Shown in pieces: positions 29,448-38,081 of a stretch of DNA of 64,000 nt (position 1 is its first letter; every line of letters starts with the position of its first letter). The position numbers and the translations under genes are program-made. Origin of the DNA: Candidatus Woesebacteria bacterium GW2011_GWC1_42_9. Lineage in GTDB: Bacteria > Patescibacteriota > Microgenomatia > UBA8517. The notes under the pieces were generated by a model, which was given only the letters and a program-made list of their open reading frames with translations, had not been told where the DNA came from and searched no databases. The stretch is taken from contig LCET01000002.1 in assembly GCA_000995185.1 (NCBI GenBank), positions 220 to 64,219 of the forward strand. The letters run 5' to 3'.

Positions 29448-31220
29448 CTATTCTCGCAGGTCGTATTCACTTAGTAGTTTTTTGTTGCCCTCAACTTGAT
29501 AGCGCAGAAGCTCGGAATAAACCCCTCGCCTGCCTGCTAGTTGTTTTGGGCTTCCTTGGTCGACAATTTTCCCTTTGTCCAAAACGATAATACGATTGAC
29601 GTCCTGGATCGTAGAAAAGCGGTGAGCGATGATAATCACTAAACGATTCTTGAAAAGTTTTTCCAGTGCCTCTTGCACTAATCGCTCTGATTTTGAATCC
29701 AAACTGCTCGTTGCTTCATCCAATATTAAAATTGGTTTGTTGTGCAAAATGGCACGGGCCACTTGAATACGCTGCTTTTGCCCGCCAGAAAGTTTCACCC
29801 CCCGCTCACCAATTTGAGCGTTAAGCTTGTCTTTTAACTTCATCACAAACTCATAAGCGTTGGCCTGTTTCAGGGCGCCAATGATTTCCTTCTCCGTAGC
29901 CTTAGGCGCACCATAGGCCACGTTTTCGCGGATTGTTGAAGAAAAGAGCTCGCTATCCTGAAAGACCAGAGCCATGTGGGCACGGATCCAGGAGTGATCA
30001 GTCTTCGCGTAGTCCCTGCCGGAAAGATCCATTTTCCCGCTCGTTGGTTCATATAGTTTTAAAATTAAATTAACCAGAGTAGTTTTTCCTGCACCAGAGT
30101 GCCCAACTAAAGCCACTTTCTCGTTGTTTTTAAGTTTTAAGCTGATGTCAGACAAAACTGTCTTGCCATCACTATATGCAAAGCTCACGTTTTGCAGTGT
30201 AATTTCCGTTTTCGTGAGCATTTTGGCAGGCTTTTTGGCTTGATAGGTCTCTTGACCAGATAATCCCAAGACTTCAAAAAACTCTCGAGAGTCAGCACTT
30301 GCCCGCTGGATTTGCTCCAATATAAAGCTCATGCCATATAAAGGCCAACGCAATTGATTTAAGATTTGGATAATTAAAATCATCTCCCCCAAGGTTAAGG
30401 TGCCCATGAATGTCCGACGGAAAATAATATATAAAATGACGACTAAGGAAATTTCCAATCCAAACTCACGAATAAAATTTAGGATGTGGTAAAGATTCGA
30501 CTGTTTGTCGTAAAGCTTATTAATAAGCCCGTACTTTTTCGAGACAAATTGCCATTCCCTTCGCTGTGTGTTGTAGGTTTTGACGAGTTTAATGTTACTA
30601 ACTACTTCGCTTATCCTGCCGCGGCTCTCGTCTTCATGAATATTCTTTTGAACTTGAATTTTTCCCCAGCGCATCGTTGAGTAGCTGGAAATAGCGATAT
30701 AGACAGGGAAAACTGATAAAGCTAAAAGACCAATGGTGACATCAAAATAAGAGAGAACAATGATCCCAAATATCGCCTGAAGCAGTGCCGGCAAGATAAA
30801 GTTCGTCGCCGCTCCCACAAAATCGCGGATGGAGATAATCCCGCGGTTTAGTTGGTTAACAATTTTTCCTGAAAGCTCGGAATCAAAGTAAGTCTGCGGG
30901 AGACTAAAAATTTTCCGGTAATAAATTTCCGTCAAGTAGCGGCCGAGCCGGCTTGAGATGTGATCACCTAAACGCTGATTAATTGAGGTCAAGATAATTC
31001 CAACGATATTAATTGCCAAAATAAGCGCAAAAAGGGAAACGAGCCGTCCAAAATCTCCGGAGCCATCGGTGATTTGATTCGAAAGCTCATCAACTACGAA
31101 CTTCAAAGTCACTGGAGTTGCCTGCTGTAGGACTGCCTGTACCGTAATTAATATCCCAACAACGGCAATCCACTTATGCTGAGGCTCTGAAAGCCTGATA
31201 ATTTTGAGAATGCTCTTCAT
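29448..31220 (-). CDS. ABC exporter, fused permease/ATPase (MsbA-like)
   Basis: Six-TM N-terminal domain, Walker A (GHSGAGKTT), signature (LSGGQKQR) and Walker B (ILILDEATS). Confidence 0.85.
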   Translation of the reverse strand: MKSILKIIRLSEPQHKWIAVVGILITVQAVLQQATPVTLKFVVDELSNQITDGSGDFGRLVSLFALILAINIVGIILTSINQRLGDHISSRLGRYLTEIYYRKIFSLPQTYFDSELSGKIVNQLNRGIISIRDFVGAATNFILPALLQAIFGIIVLSYFDVTIGLLALSVFPVYIAISSYSTMRWGKIQVQKNIHEDESRGRISEVVSNIKLVKTYNTQRREWQFVSKKYGLINKLYDKQSNLYHILNFIREFGLEISLVVILYIIFRRTFMGTLTLGEMILIIQILNQLRWPLYGMSFILEQIQRASADSREFFEVLGLSGQETYQAKKPAKMLTKTEITLQNVSFAYSDGKTVLSDISLKLKNNEKVALVGHSGAGKTTLVNLILKLYEPTSGKMDLSGRDYAKTDHSWIRAHMALVFQDSELFSSTIRENVAYGAPKATEKEIIGALKQANAYEFVMKLKDKLNAQIGERGVKLSGGQKQRIQVARAILHNKPILILDEATSSLDSKSERLVQEALEKLFKNRLVIIIAHRFSTIQDVNRIIVLDKGKIVDQGSPKQLAGRRGVYSELLRYQVEGNKKLLSEYDLRE

Positions 31221-31247
31221 GGAAGAGCTAATTTTACACCAAGAGTG

Positions 31248-31778
31248 CTAGTCGCCCAACCATAGTTTTGCCAGCCACCCAAAGGCGCTCCTTATCTCCT
31301 CTTCTTCTTGAATTGCTTCCGCCAAAGCGATATTTTGATTAAGAATTGCCTGGATCGCCTCTTGAATCTTGTCTTCATCGGCTTGATTTTTCACCTTGCT
31401 AGCAAGCTCCTGCAATTGCATAATCCGAAGATTATTTTGTTCCATCTGCCTTCTTAAGTTTCTCGCCGCCCGATGATCATTCCCAAATAATTTCTTCATC
31501 ACCTGTGACCTATTCTCAAGTTTCCCAAACTCTTCATCCACTTCAACTTGTGAATCATTCTGACCACGGGCAATCTCCCTCACTTCCTGCCCTATCCCTT
31601 CTTTATCTTCCCGCATTTCAAGAAGTTCTTCGACTTTTGTGGCTACGATGCTCATATGTTCTCTAGCATTTTCACTCCTTGAGCGAGGTCTATCATTTTC
31701 AGCAAAAGCTACACTAGTAAATCCAATAAGAACGACTAAAGCTAATGATAAACTAAATACTTTTTTCATCACTTTCAC
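31248..31778 (-). CDS. Hypothetical secreted coiled-coil protein
   Basis: Signal peptide followed by a charged helical repeat region. Confidence 0.4.
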   Translation of the reverse strand: MKVMKKVFSLSLALVVLIGFTSVAFAENDRPRSRSENAREHMSIVATKVEELLEMREDKEGIGQEVREIARGQNDSQVEVDEEFGKLENRSQVMKKLFGNDHRAARNLRRQMEQNNLRIMQLQELASKVKNQADEDKIQEAIQAILNQNIALAEAIQEEEEIRSAFGWLAKLWLGD

Positions 31779-31803
31779 CCCCTTTAGAAGATTATATCAA
31801 ATA

Positions 31804-33006
31804 TTACTCGATGAAGGTTAGAGCCTTGCCCTTTTTATTCACTCTTCCGGTCCTCCCGATGCGATGAATATAGTCCTCGTATGTTTGAGGAAGGTCATAA
31901 TTTATGACATGGGTCACATTATTAATATCTAGTCCCCTGGAAGCAATATCTGTCGCCAAAAGCACTTGTACTTTGCTACTCTTAAATTGCTCCAAAGCTC
32001 TTAATCTTTGTCCTTGGGATTTATTCCCGTGAATTGTGGCAACAGAGACCCTGCGCCTCACAAGTTCCCGAGCAATTTTATCAATCCCTCTTTTGGTCCT
32101 TCCGAAAACCAAAACTTTTTCAAATTCACGATCATTTAATAATTCATCCAAAACTGCAAGTTTTTCCCTCCCTTTCAATCTCACAATATCCTGATCAACA
32201 TTTGCAGATGTAGGCTGGGAATTGACAGTAATTGTAATAGGGTTTTTGGAAAACCCTCTCATAATATTTTTAACCTTGTCAGGCAGAGTTGCAGAGAAAA
32301 AAAGTGATTGCCTCTCAAAAGAAAGCTTGGAAATAATAAGGGTGACATCCTTGATAAAGCCCATATCAAGCATGCGGTCCACCTCATCTAAAACTATGCT
32401 TCCAAAAACACGAAAATTAATCGCCCTTCTATTTTCTAAATCCTTGAGCCTCCCTGGCGTACCCACCACCATTTGCGGATTTCTCCTTAAGCGCCTGATC
32501 TGTCCGCTAATATTTACCCCACCAATACAAGCTACAGCCTCAAGGCGAGTCCCCCTTGCAAGGTCCACAAATTCCTGTTCAACCTGAACTGCAAGCTCGC
32601 GAGTAGGAGCAATAATAAGGACTTTTTCACTATTGTTCATAAGCATTTTATTAATGAGGGGAATCAAAAAAGCGGCTGTTTTCCCAGTGCCGGTATTGGC
32701 AATACCAACGACGTCTTTTCCTTCTAATAAGGCTGGGATTGCCATGTCTTGGATCGGCTGAGGGGTTTTATATCCCTTGAATGAAATATTTTTCATTAGT
32801 AAAGGCTGAAGGTGGAAATCATCAAAAGAATGCTTGGAAACATACTCTTCACACACTAATTCTGCCGATTTTTGGATAAACATCGCCGGATTATAAGCCG
32901 GTGTTCCTCTTCGCCCACCAAAACTACGCCCTCTTCCTTGATTATTGGCAAACGAGCGCCTGCGGCTAGATTGGTAGTGATTTCTATAGTTTTGCATTGA
33001 AAGCAA
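31804..33006 (-). CDS. DEAD-box ATP-dependent RNA helicase
   Basis: Q-motif region, motif I (ANTGTGKTAAF), motif II (VLDEVD), SAT, and motif VI (HRIGRTGR). Confidence 0.85.
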   Translation of the reverse strand: MLSMQNYRNHYQSSRRRSFANNQGRGRSFGGRRGTPAYNPAMFIQKSAELVCEEYVSKHSFDDFHLQPLLMKNISFKGYKTPQPIQDMAIPALLEGKDVVGIANTGTGKTAAFLIPLINKMLMNNSEKVLIIAPTRELAVQVEQEFVDLARGTRLEAVACIGGVNISGQIRRLRRNPQMVVGTPGRLKDLENRRAINFRVFGSIVLDEVDRMLDMGFIKDVTLIISKLSFERQSLFFSATLPDKVKNIMRGFSKNPITITVNSQPTSANVDQDIVRLKGREKLAVLDELLNDREFEKVLVFGRTKRGIDKIARELVRRRVSVATIHGNKSQGQRLRALEQFKSSKVQVLLATDIASRGLDINNVTHVINYDLPQTYEDYIHRIGRTGRVNKKGKALTFIE

Positions 33007-33243
33007 TAAATCTGCTCAAATTAATCACGTATTCGGTCAAAAAGAAGAAAAGATACAAAAAAACTTTTAATATCTTTACAGGCTTGGCCTGCTATGGAGA
33101 TCACACTTTACTTACGATTATTTATAACTTGGAGAAAGTTGATTTCCTTATCTATCTAAAAAACAAAAATATGTTAAATTCAAGCAGGTTTATTATTTCC
33201 ACCTGCGAACGAAAACAAGTGTACCACACTAAACGAGAAATAG

Positions 33244-33525
33244 CTAGTTTTTGCCCATAAAAAACCCTTTAATTGAAACTAAAAGGTTTCTCAATTGTCC
33301 CCAAAGATTACTTGTTTCCTGTGGTTTTTGAGGCTGAATTGCAGGTATAGGGATTACTATTTTGTTCTCCAATTCGGAAACACTCTTTTCATGTCCACGA
33401 AAATACAGATCAACGCCTTTATATATCCCAAAGTGCAAGTGCTCCCTCTCTCTGGATGTTTCACTGCTAAATGCATCGCCGAGGTAGGTTAATAGCGCCA
33501 TCAAAAGTACCTTTAATGCTCTCAT
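33244..33525 (-). pseudogene. Remnant of an M23-family peptidase gene (C-terminal HxH segment only)
   Basis: REHLHFGIYKGVDLYF matches the M23 C-terminal HLHFE(I) signature. Upstream coding sequence is missing because the topoisomerase gene ends 15 nt away. Confidence 0.35.
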
Positions 33526-33540
33526 GCAAGCATTTTACAT

Positions 33541-34569
33541 TTAAGAATCCTTAATCAGACTCCAGGTAGCGTACTCCTCGGGAGACAAGGAAAGCTTTTT
33601 TGATGACTTCCTGCCGTATACCCTGGCAAAATGGGGAACAAGAATTTCCTTCTCGTAAGAACTAATCACCGCGGGATGAATATAATAAGTCCTGCAGATC
33701 CTTTTGGTATTGCCAAGATGATCCGACACAATTGCCACTACTTCGGCGATATTATTTTTGATCTGGGATTCGGTTTCGGCATTTCCTTTCTGGTACAAGG
33801 AGTCCCCCGCCAAGACGCTCCCGCCCCAAGTACGAAAGTCTTTTGCCGAAAGGTCGGCCCCCGTGTGGGCACGCAAATATCGATTCACGTCAACTGAATC
33901 GATAATCCGTCTTTCACCATCCTCACCTAAATACTGAAATAATTCATAGCCGGGAAGATCAAGGCATGCTTTGATGGTCTTCGCTACTCTCGGATGGGTC
34001 ACATCCAATTCATGAGAAACTCCGCTTTTACCTCGATAGTTAAATTTCACCGTATTGCCGGCAACTTCGACATGCTTTTCCCGCAGGGTTGTCAGGCCAT
34101 ACGATTGATTCTCTTGGGCATACTCTTTATTTCCAATCCGGATAAAAGTGTGCTCCAGAAGCCAGATAACGGTTGCGATCACCCGATCTTGGGATAATTT
34201 ATGCTCCCTCATATGGCCAAATACCGTCGCCCGCAAAGTCGGCAACCGCTCGCCAAATGTGATCATCTGGTCAAACTTATGCTCTTGACTGCGCCTGACC
34301 CACTCGGGGTGGTAAATATATTGCTTTCGTCCTCGGCTATCCACCCCAACTGCCTGGATGTAGTCCCCCGGGTCAGGACTAATGCGAACATCCCTCCAAG
34401 CCGGCGGAATGACAAGTTTTTGGATACGGTTAAGGGTCGCTTTGGAAACAGATTTCCCTTTCCGATTAATAAATCCAAAGCCCTTGCCTTTCTTTACACG
34501 CCGGATCGTCCGCTCGCTGGACTTACGATAATGAATCTGGGCCATTAATACAGTGTAGACTAGATTCAA
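33541..34569 (-). CDS. DNA topoisomerase IB (bacterial/poxvirus type)
   Basis: IPPAWRDVRISPDPGDYIQAVGVDSRGRKQYIYHPEW N-terminal signature and the C-terminal catalytic region (KRICRTYYIHPAVI). Length is 342 aa. Confidence 0.8.
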   Translation of the reverse strand: MNLVYTVLMAQIHYRKSSERTIRRVKKGKGFGFINRKGKSVSKATLNRIQKLVIPPAWRDVRISPDPGDYIQAVGVDSRGRKQYIYHPEWVRRSQEHKFDQMITFGERLPTLRATVFGHMREHKLSQDRVIATVIWLLEHTFIRIGNKEYAQENQSYGLTTLREKHVEVAGNTVKFNYRGKSGVSHELDVTHPRVAKTIKACLDLPGYELFQYLGEDGERRIIDSVDVNRYLRAHTGADLSAKDFRTWGGSVLAGDSLYQKGNAETESQIKNNIAEVVAIVSDHLGNTKRICRTYYIHPAVISSYEKEILVPHFARVYGRKSSKKLSLSPEEYATWSLIKDS

Positions 34570-35024
34570 AGGTACGCAAACAAAAACAGGTACCGCAACC
34601 CAACCAATAGAAGCGCCAAAAGGACAAAGAATCGAAATGACTGCTGAGGGATTTTATCAACCAGTTTTTTAGCTATGTACGCCCCCAAAAACGAAGTGGG
34701 GATGCACACAATTAGGGCCGATAAAAGCAGAATATCAAGCCTTATGCCGCTAATAAAATATTGCGTAATGCGCGCACTATCAATCAATAATCCAATTCCA
34801 CCCTGGTTTAAACCACAAAAAGCCAACGTATGAAACCAGAAATAATCCTAGCAAGCGCTCTAATAATCGCCAAACCAGTGAATGATCCCCGCAAATAGTA
34901 AAACAAGAGGAAGCGGCAAGAATAAAGACAAAACCGGCACCATAATTGTGGAGGTTCCAAAGCCAGTCATAGTGCCAATGCAAGAAGCAATGAGTGTTAA
35001 GGCAATAAGAGCAGTTAACTCCAT
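34566..35024 (-). pseudogene. TauE/SafE (DUF81)-family membrane protein gene disrupted by two frameshifts
   Basis: Three consecutive reading frames together encode [35 protein letters not shown]..., [20 protein letters not shown]... and GIGLLIDSARITQYFISG...LVGLRYLFL. Each frame switch breaks a DUF81-like sequence. Confidence 0.5.
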
Positions 35025-35033
35025 GTATTCAGT

Positions 35034-35420
35034 CTACCTAAACTTGTGATTTATAAAAGCAAAAAGATACAATAATCCTCCAATAAATAAAAATTGCGCA
35101 GTAAAATATACTAATCCCCCTAAAGAGGCAAAATTAATATCACTCCACCCTAAAACAGGCATCCATTTTGTAATTACGAAAAATGAGAACTCATAAAGCA
35201 TTAATATAATAGGCACCAACCACAATAATTTTATCAATGGCGCGGAAAATTTCTTTGAGAAAAACGAATACAATAAAGCCATAAAAACCGGCCACAATAA
35301 AAACATATAAACAAAGAAAGCTATTTTGCCGCTAATTGCAATTGCAAACATGCCAACTAGAACTAGTAAATATGCCAACCCATATGTTTTCCAGAAGCCT
35401 ATTGTTAGCTTTTTATTCAT
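35034..35420 (-). CDS. Hypothetical integral membrane protein (128 aa, 4 TM)
   Basis: ORF with four hydrophobic helices. No family was recognised. Confidence 0.4.
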   Translation of the reverse strand: MNKKLTIGFWKTYGLAYLLVLVGMFAIAISGKIAFFVYMFLLWPVFMALLYSFFSKKFSAPLIKLLWLVPIILMLYEFSFFVITKWMPVLGWSDINFASLGGLVYFTAQFLFIGGLLYLFAFINHKFR

Positions 35421-35697
35421 CTTTACTTTTAGGTTTAAATTTCAGTAGGCGGAAAATACCTTTAGATGGTTTGTAAACCTTGTCGGGAAATCTTTCGACA
35501 AGTTTCCAGACGCATCCATTGACCGTTTTCGGATGAAAACTACGATCTGATGCCTCAATTTTTGAAAGTAGTTCTGACCAACGTAGACCCCCTGAATGTT
35601 CTTCGAGCAACTCAAATGCTTTTGCGTTTATACGTCCTGTAACCGTGGATTTGTCCATGTTTTGCAAAATAGAATAACACAATTGGCTAAATTGCAC
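35413..35697 (-). CDS. Small winged-helix protein (Mrr_N-like)
   Basis: AFELLEEHSGGLRWSELLSKIE...KGIFRL resembles N-terminal winged-helix domains of restriction proteins. Length is 94 aa. Confidence 0.35.
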   Translation of the reverse strand: MQFSQLCYSILQNMDKSTVTGRINAKAFELLEEHSGGLRWSELLSKIEASDRSFHPKTVNGCVWKLVERFPDKVYKPSKGIFRLLKFKPKSKDE

Positions 35698-35712
35698 CCA
35701 ATCATACTTAAC

Positions 35713-36210
35713 ATGGTAGGATATGCTTATTCTATGAGAAAAGGCTCAACGCTATTCTTAAAGTTTGCCATTTGTCTCATCGCAATCGGAGCCCTTGTAT
35801 GGCTGATTTGGTTTCCTCAAACTGAAGGAAGAGCTGTGAACTTAGATCTAGTCAGTATTTATAAAGATCCGGTTATTATCTATGGCTTTATCGCTTCGAC
35901 CCCATTTTTTTTTGGGCTATATCAGGCATTCAAATTATTAAACTTCATTGATGCGAATCATGCCTTTTCCCAAGGTACTGTTAATACACTCAAGAATATG
36001 AAGTTTGCTTCCTTCAGTTTCATTGGTTTTATTGCATTCGCAGAGTTTTACCTCCTCTTCTTTGTGCAGGGTGATGATAAAGCAGGGCCGATGGCGCTTG
36101 GAATTTATACTGCCTTCGCAACCGCTATTATCGCAACCGCTGCTGCTGTTTTTCAAAGACTTCTCCAAAATGCGGTAGACATAAAATCAGAAAATGATTT
36201 AACCGTATGA
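35713..36210 (+). CDS. DUF2975-like membrane protein
   Basis: Four-TM topology. It is followed by a YozG-type HTH fragment, and this pairing is typical of DUF2975 genes. The start was chosen at an internal Met to avoid overlap with the convergent gene. Confidence 0.5.
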   Translation: MVGYAYSMRKGSTLFLKFAICLIAIGALVWLIWFPQTEGRAVNLDLVSIYKDPVIIYGFIASTPFFFGLYQAFKLLNFIDANHAFSQGTVNTLKNMKFASFSFIGFIAFAEFYLLFFVQGDDKAGPMALGIYTAFATAIIATAAAVFQRLLQNAVDIKSENDLTV

Positions 36211-36365
36211 GGCACACCTATTGGCTGGATACCAATATGGCAAATCTTTCTATTTTGAAAAATGGAAAAGCGAGGGCTATCCGCTTCTCAACGCTCGAGG
36301 CAATTTGCAAAGCTCTAAATTGTCAACCTGGAGATATTTTGGAATACAAGAGAGGCCGAATTTAA
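36207..36365 (+). pseudogene. Truncated YozG/XRE-type HTH transcriptional regulator (helix 1-2 missing)
   Basis: It encodes ...NLSILKNGKARAIRFSTLEAICKALNCQPGDILEYKRG, the C-terminal half of a ~70-aa XRE HTH. An upstream MI-stop lies in a neighbouring frame, which suggests an internal deletion. Confidence 0.45.
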
Positions 36366-36529
36366 AAATAATTCCGTGTTCCTAGTTTCGCTCTGACCAC
36401 TGCTTTGTCTCGTGTTATCAAGGCATTTCAAAACCCAATCTGGGCAGAACAAGCGAGAGAAGGGCTGAAGGAAATTAAGAAGTTACAAGAAATGAAACTT
36501 GCCGTTACATAACTTCTTCCCCTAAATGG

Positions 36530-36646
36530 TTAGTTTGGTGTAGAACGACGATGGGGCCTTACTCTGTGCCCGTTTCTTAAATACCCTCTTACCGGGACTA
36601 TTTTTTGCCTTTGCCTACCATAAGTTGATGTCTTTGTCTTTGCCAT
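36530..36646 (-). CDS. 38-aa basic peptide translationally coupled to the nucleotidyltransferase gene
   Basis: An aggaggtg RBS overlaps the NTase stop codon, with the ATG 10 nt downstream. The peptide is MAKTKTSTYGRQRQKIVPVRGYLRNGHRVRPHRRSTPN, 9 of whose 38 residues are Arg. Confidence 0.4.
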   Translation of the reverse strand: MAKTKTSTYGRQRQKIVPVRGYLRNGHRVRPHRRSTPN

Positions 36647-36662
36647 AAATTCTTCACCTCCT

Positions 36663-38081
36663 TCAGTCGCCATTAATCCCAACATAAAATCGGCCAAAGC
36701 CGATACATGCTCCATTTTTAACAACGTAACATTCTATCCAATGCATGCCCGGATATTCAGTGTGCTCTTCTCGATAAGACGAGTTGACTTCGCAGAAATG
36801 AAATTCATTTCCTCTCCAACCGCCTATCCGAGCAATATCCAATGCTGGCATGCCATTATTCACAACCAACCAGCGTATCTCATCGTAATCTAAACCATCA
36901 ATCGCCGGGGTAAAAATTAAGAAATACTCCTTCCCTATGTAATCCCCAGAAAGCAAGGGTTTCGGACCGTTAATGGTCTGAAGGGCGTATCCGGGTAGAT
37001 TGTTTGGAATTCTCTTCCAGTTAGTCGAATTACGAATTTTGTCTCTTCGCTCAACCTGGCAGGTTAGTTTTACCTCCCTCCAATTTGAGACAAATGGCCA
37101 AGGAGATACTGATATTATCGACTCTCTGAGTAATGGATAAATTTCAGCCACACCATTTTTCTGCAACATCTCCTGCAGTTTTTTTAATGTTTTTGAGGCA
37201 TACTTTATAGCCAATGGCCTTTGGGTGGCGTCAGTGTCTTCATTCAAATAATCGTCCACAAAGACACTACTGTCGGCCATGTCTGGCAAAGACGATTTTG
37301 CCAACCAAGAAGTGGCATCTCCCAAAAAAAGATTGATTGCATCGTAAAAATCTAGGCTTCTATTCTGGGTAAACAATCCTGCAACTACTAGTTCTATATG
37401 AAATGATTTGAGCTCAAAGTTGGTCAAACCAGCATTACACGATTTTTTCCAAACCTTCGCGAACTTTACAGTCTTCCGATAACTCGGATTCTGATTTAAC
37501 CTCAATGATTGTTCTCTATAACCCTTAGGGTCAGACAAAACCCAATTAAGTTTTCCGTCATGGGATTTATAAATTTCCTCCCATTTGTTACGGCCAAGCT
37601 TTTGAATCTCGGGAACGAGATAAATGTCGTCGCCATACCTATTTTTTTTGCCTGACCTAACGGCCGGAACTAAATCTATCGAGAAAGTTTCTATTTTAGG
37701 AAATGTTATGTTTACGGAATGGGTTTGTGCTTCGACTTTTGCCTCTTTTCCAATCTTTTGGTATCCAGCCGTAAGCATCAACGCCAAACTCTCCAAAGGT
37801 TCTTTCACATCAAAGAGTATTGGCTGCCCTTGGCTTTTTGCTAACAATTCGCTACCCAAAATCTGAAACGATTCCGGCAAAACCCATATCACATCTAAGT
37901 CGTGAACGGGACTAACTGTAGTTTCCCTGCCAAATGACCCGCTCTGGAAAATTTCGTTGCCAGGTAAGATATCTTGAAGTTCCTTAAATCGCTCGGAAAT
38001 CTTGTCTCTTTCCTCTTGTGACGGAGATAGATATTTGCGGCAAAATTCCTCAAGACTGATATTAACTTCATTCTTTGTCAT
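36663..38081 (-). CDS. Nucleotidyltransferase of the SMODS / CD-NTase-like (Pol-beta fold) type with a C-terminal extension of about 200 aa
   Basis: GS-x9-DxD (QSGSFGRETTVSPVHDLDV) and a downstream h-D-h-h-P motif (FSIDLVPAV) are present. The N-terminal helical lead-in is typical of cGAS/DncV-like enzymes. The start was chosen at MTKNEV, giving a 14-nt overlap with the upstream gene. Confidence 0.6.
   Translation of the reverse strand: MTKNEVNISLEEFCRKYLSPSQEERDKISERFKELQDILPGNEIFQSGSFGRETTVSPVHDLDVIWVLPESFQILGSELLAKSQGQPILFDVKEPLESLALMLTAGYQKIGKEAKVEAQTHSVNITFPKIETFSIDLVPAVRSGKKNRYGDDIYLVPEIQKLGRNKWEEIYKSHDGKLNWVLSDPKGYREQSLRLNQNPSYRKTVKFAKVWKKSCNAGLTNFELKSFHIELVVAGLFTQNRSLDFYDAINLFLGDATSWLAKSSLPDMADSSVFVDDYLNEDTDATQRPLAIKYASKTLKKLQEMLQKNGVAEIYPLLRESIISVSPWPFVSNWREVKLTCQVERRDKIRNSTNWKRIPNNLPGYALQTINGPKPLLSGDYIGKEYFLIFTPAIDGLDYDEIRWLVVNNGMPALDIARIGGWRGNEFHFCEVNSSYREEHTEYPGMHWIECYVVKNGACIGFGRFYVGINGD

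Noticed and set aside
35596-35712. N-terminal 39 residues of the ORF-track DUF2975 ORF
   Set aside because: They overlap the convergent 35413-35697 gene and lack hydrophobic or TM character. An internal Met start is more plausible.
36530-36724. 64-aa ORF-track version of the small peptide
   Set aside because: It overlaps the NTase C-terminus by 62 nt. A strong RBS precedes the internal Met at 36646 right after the NTase stop, so the 38-aa version is preferred.
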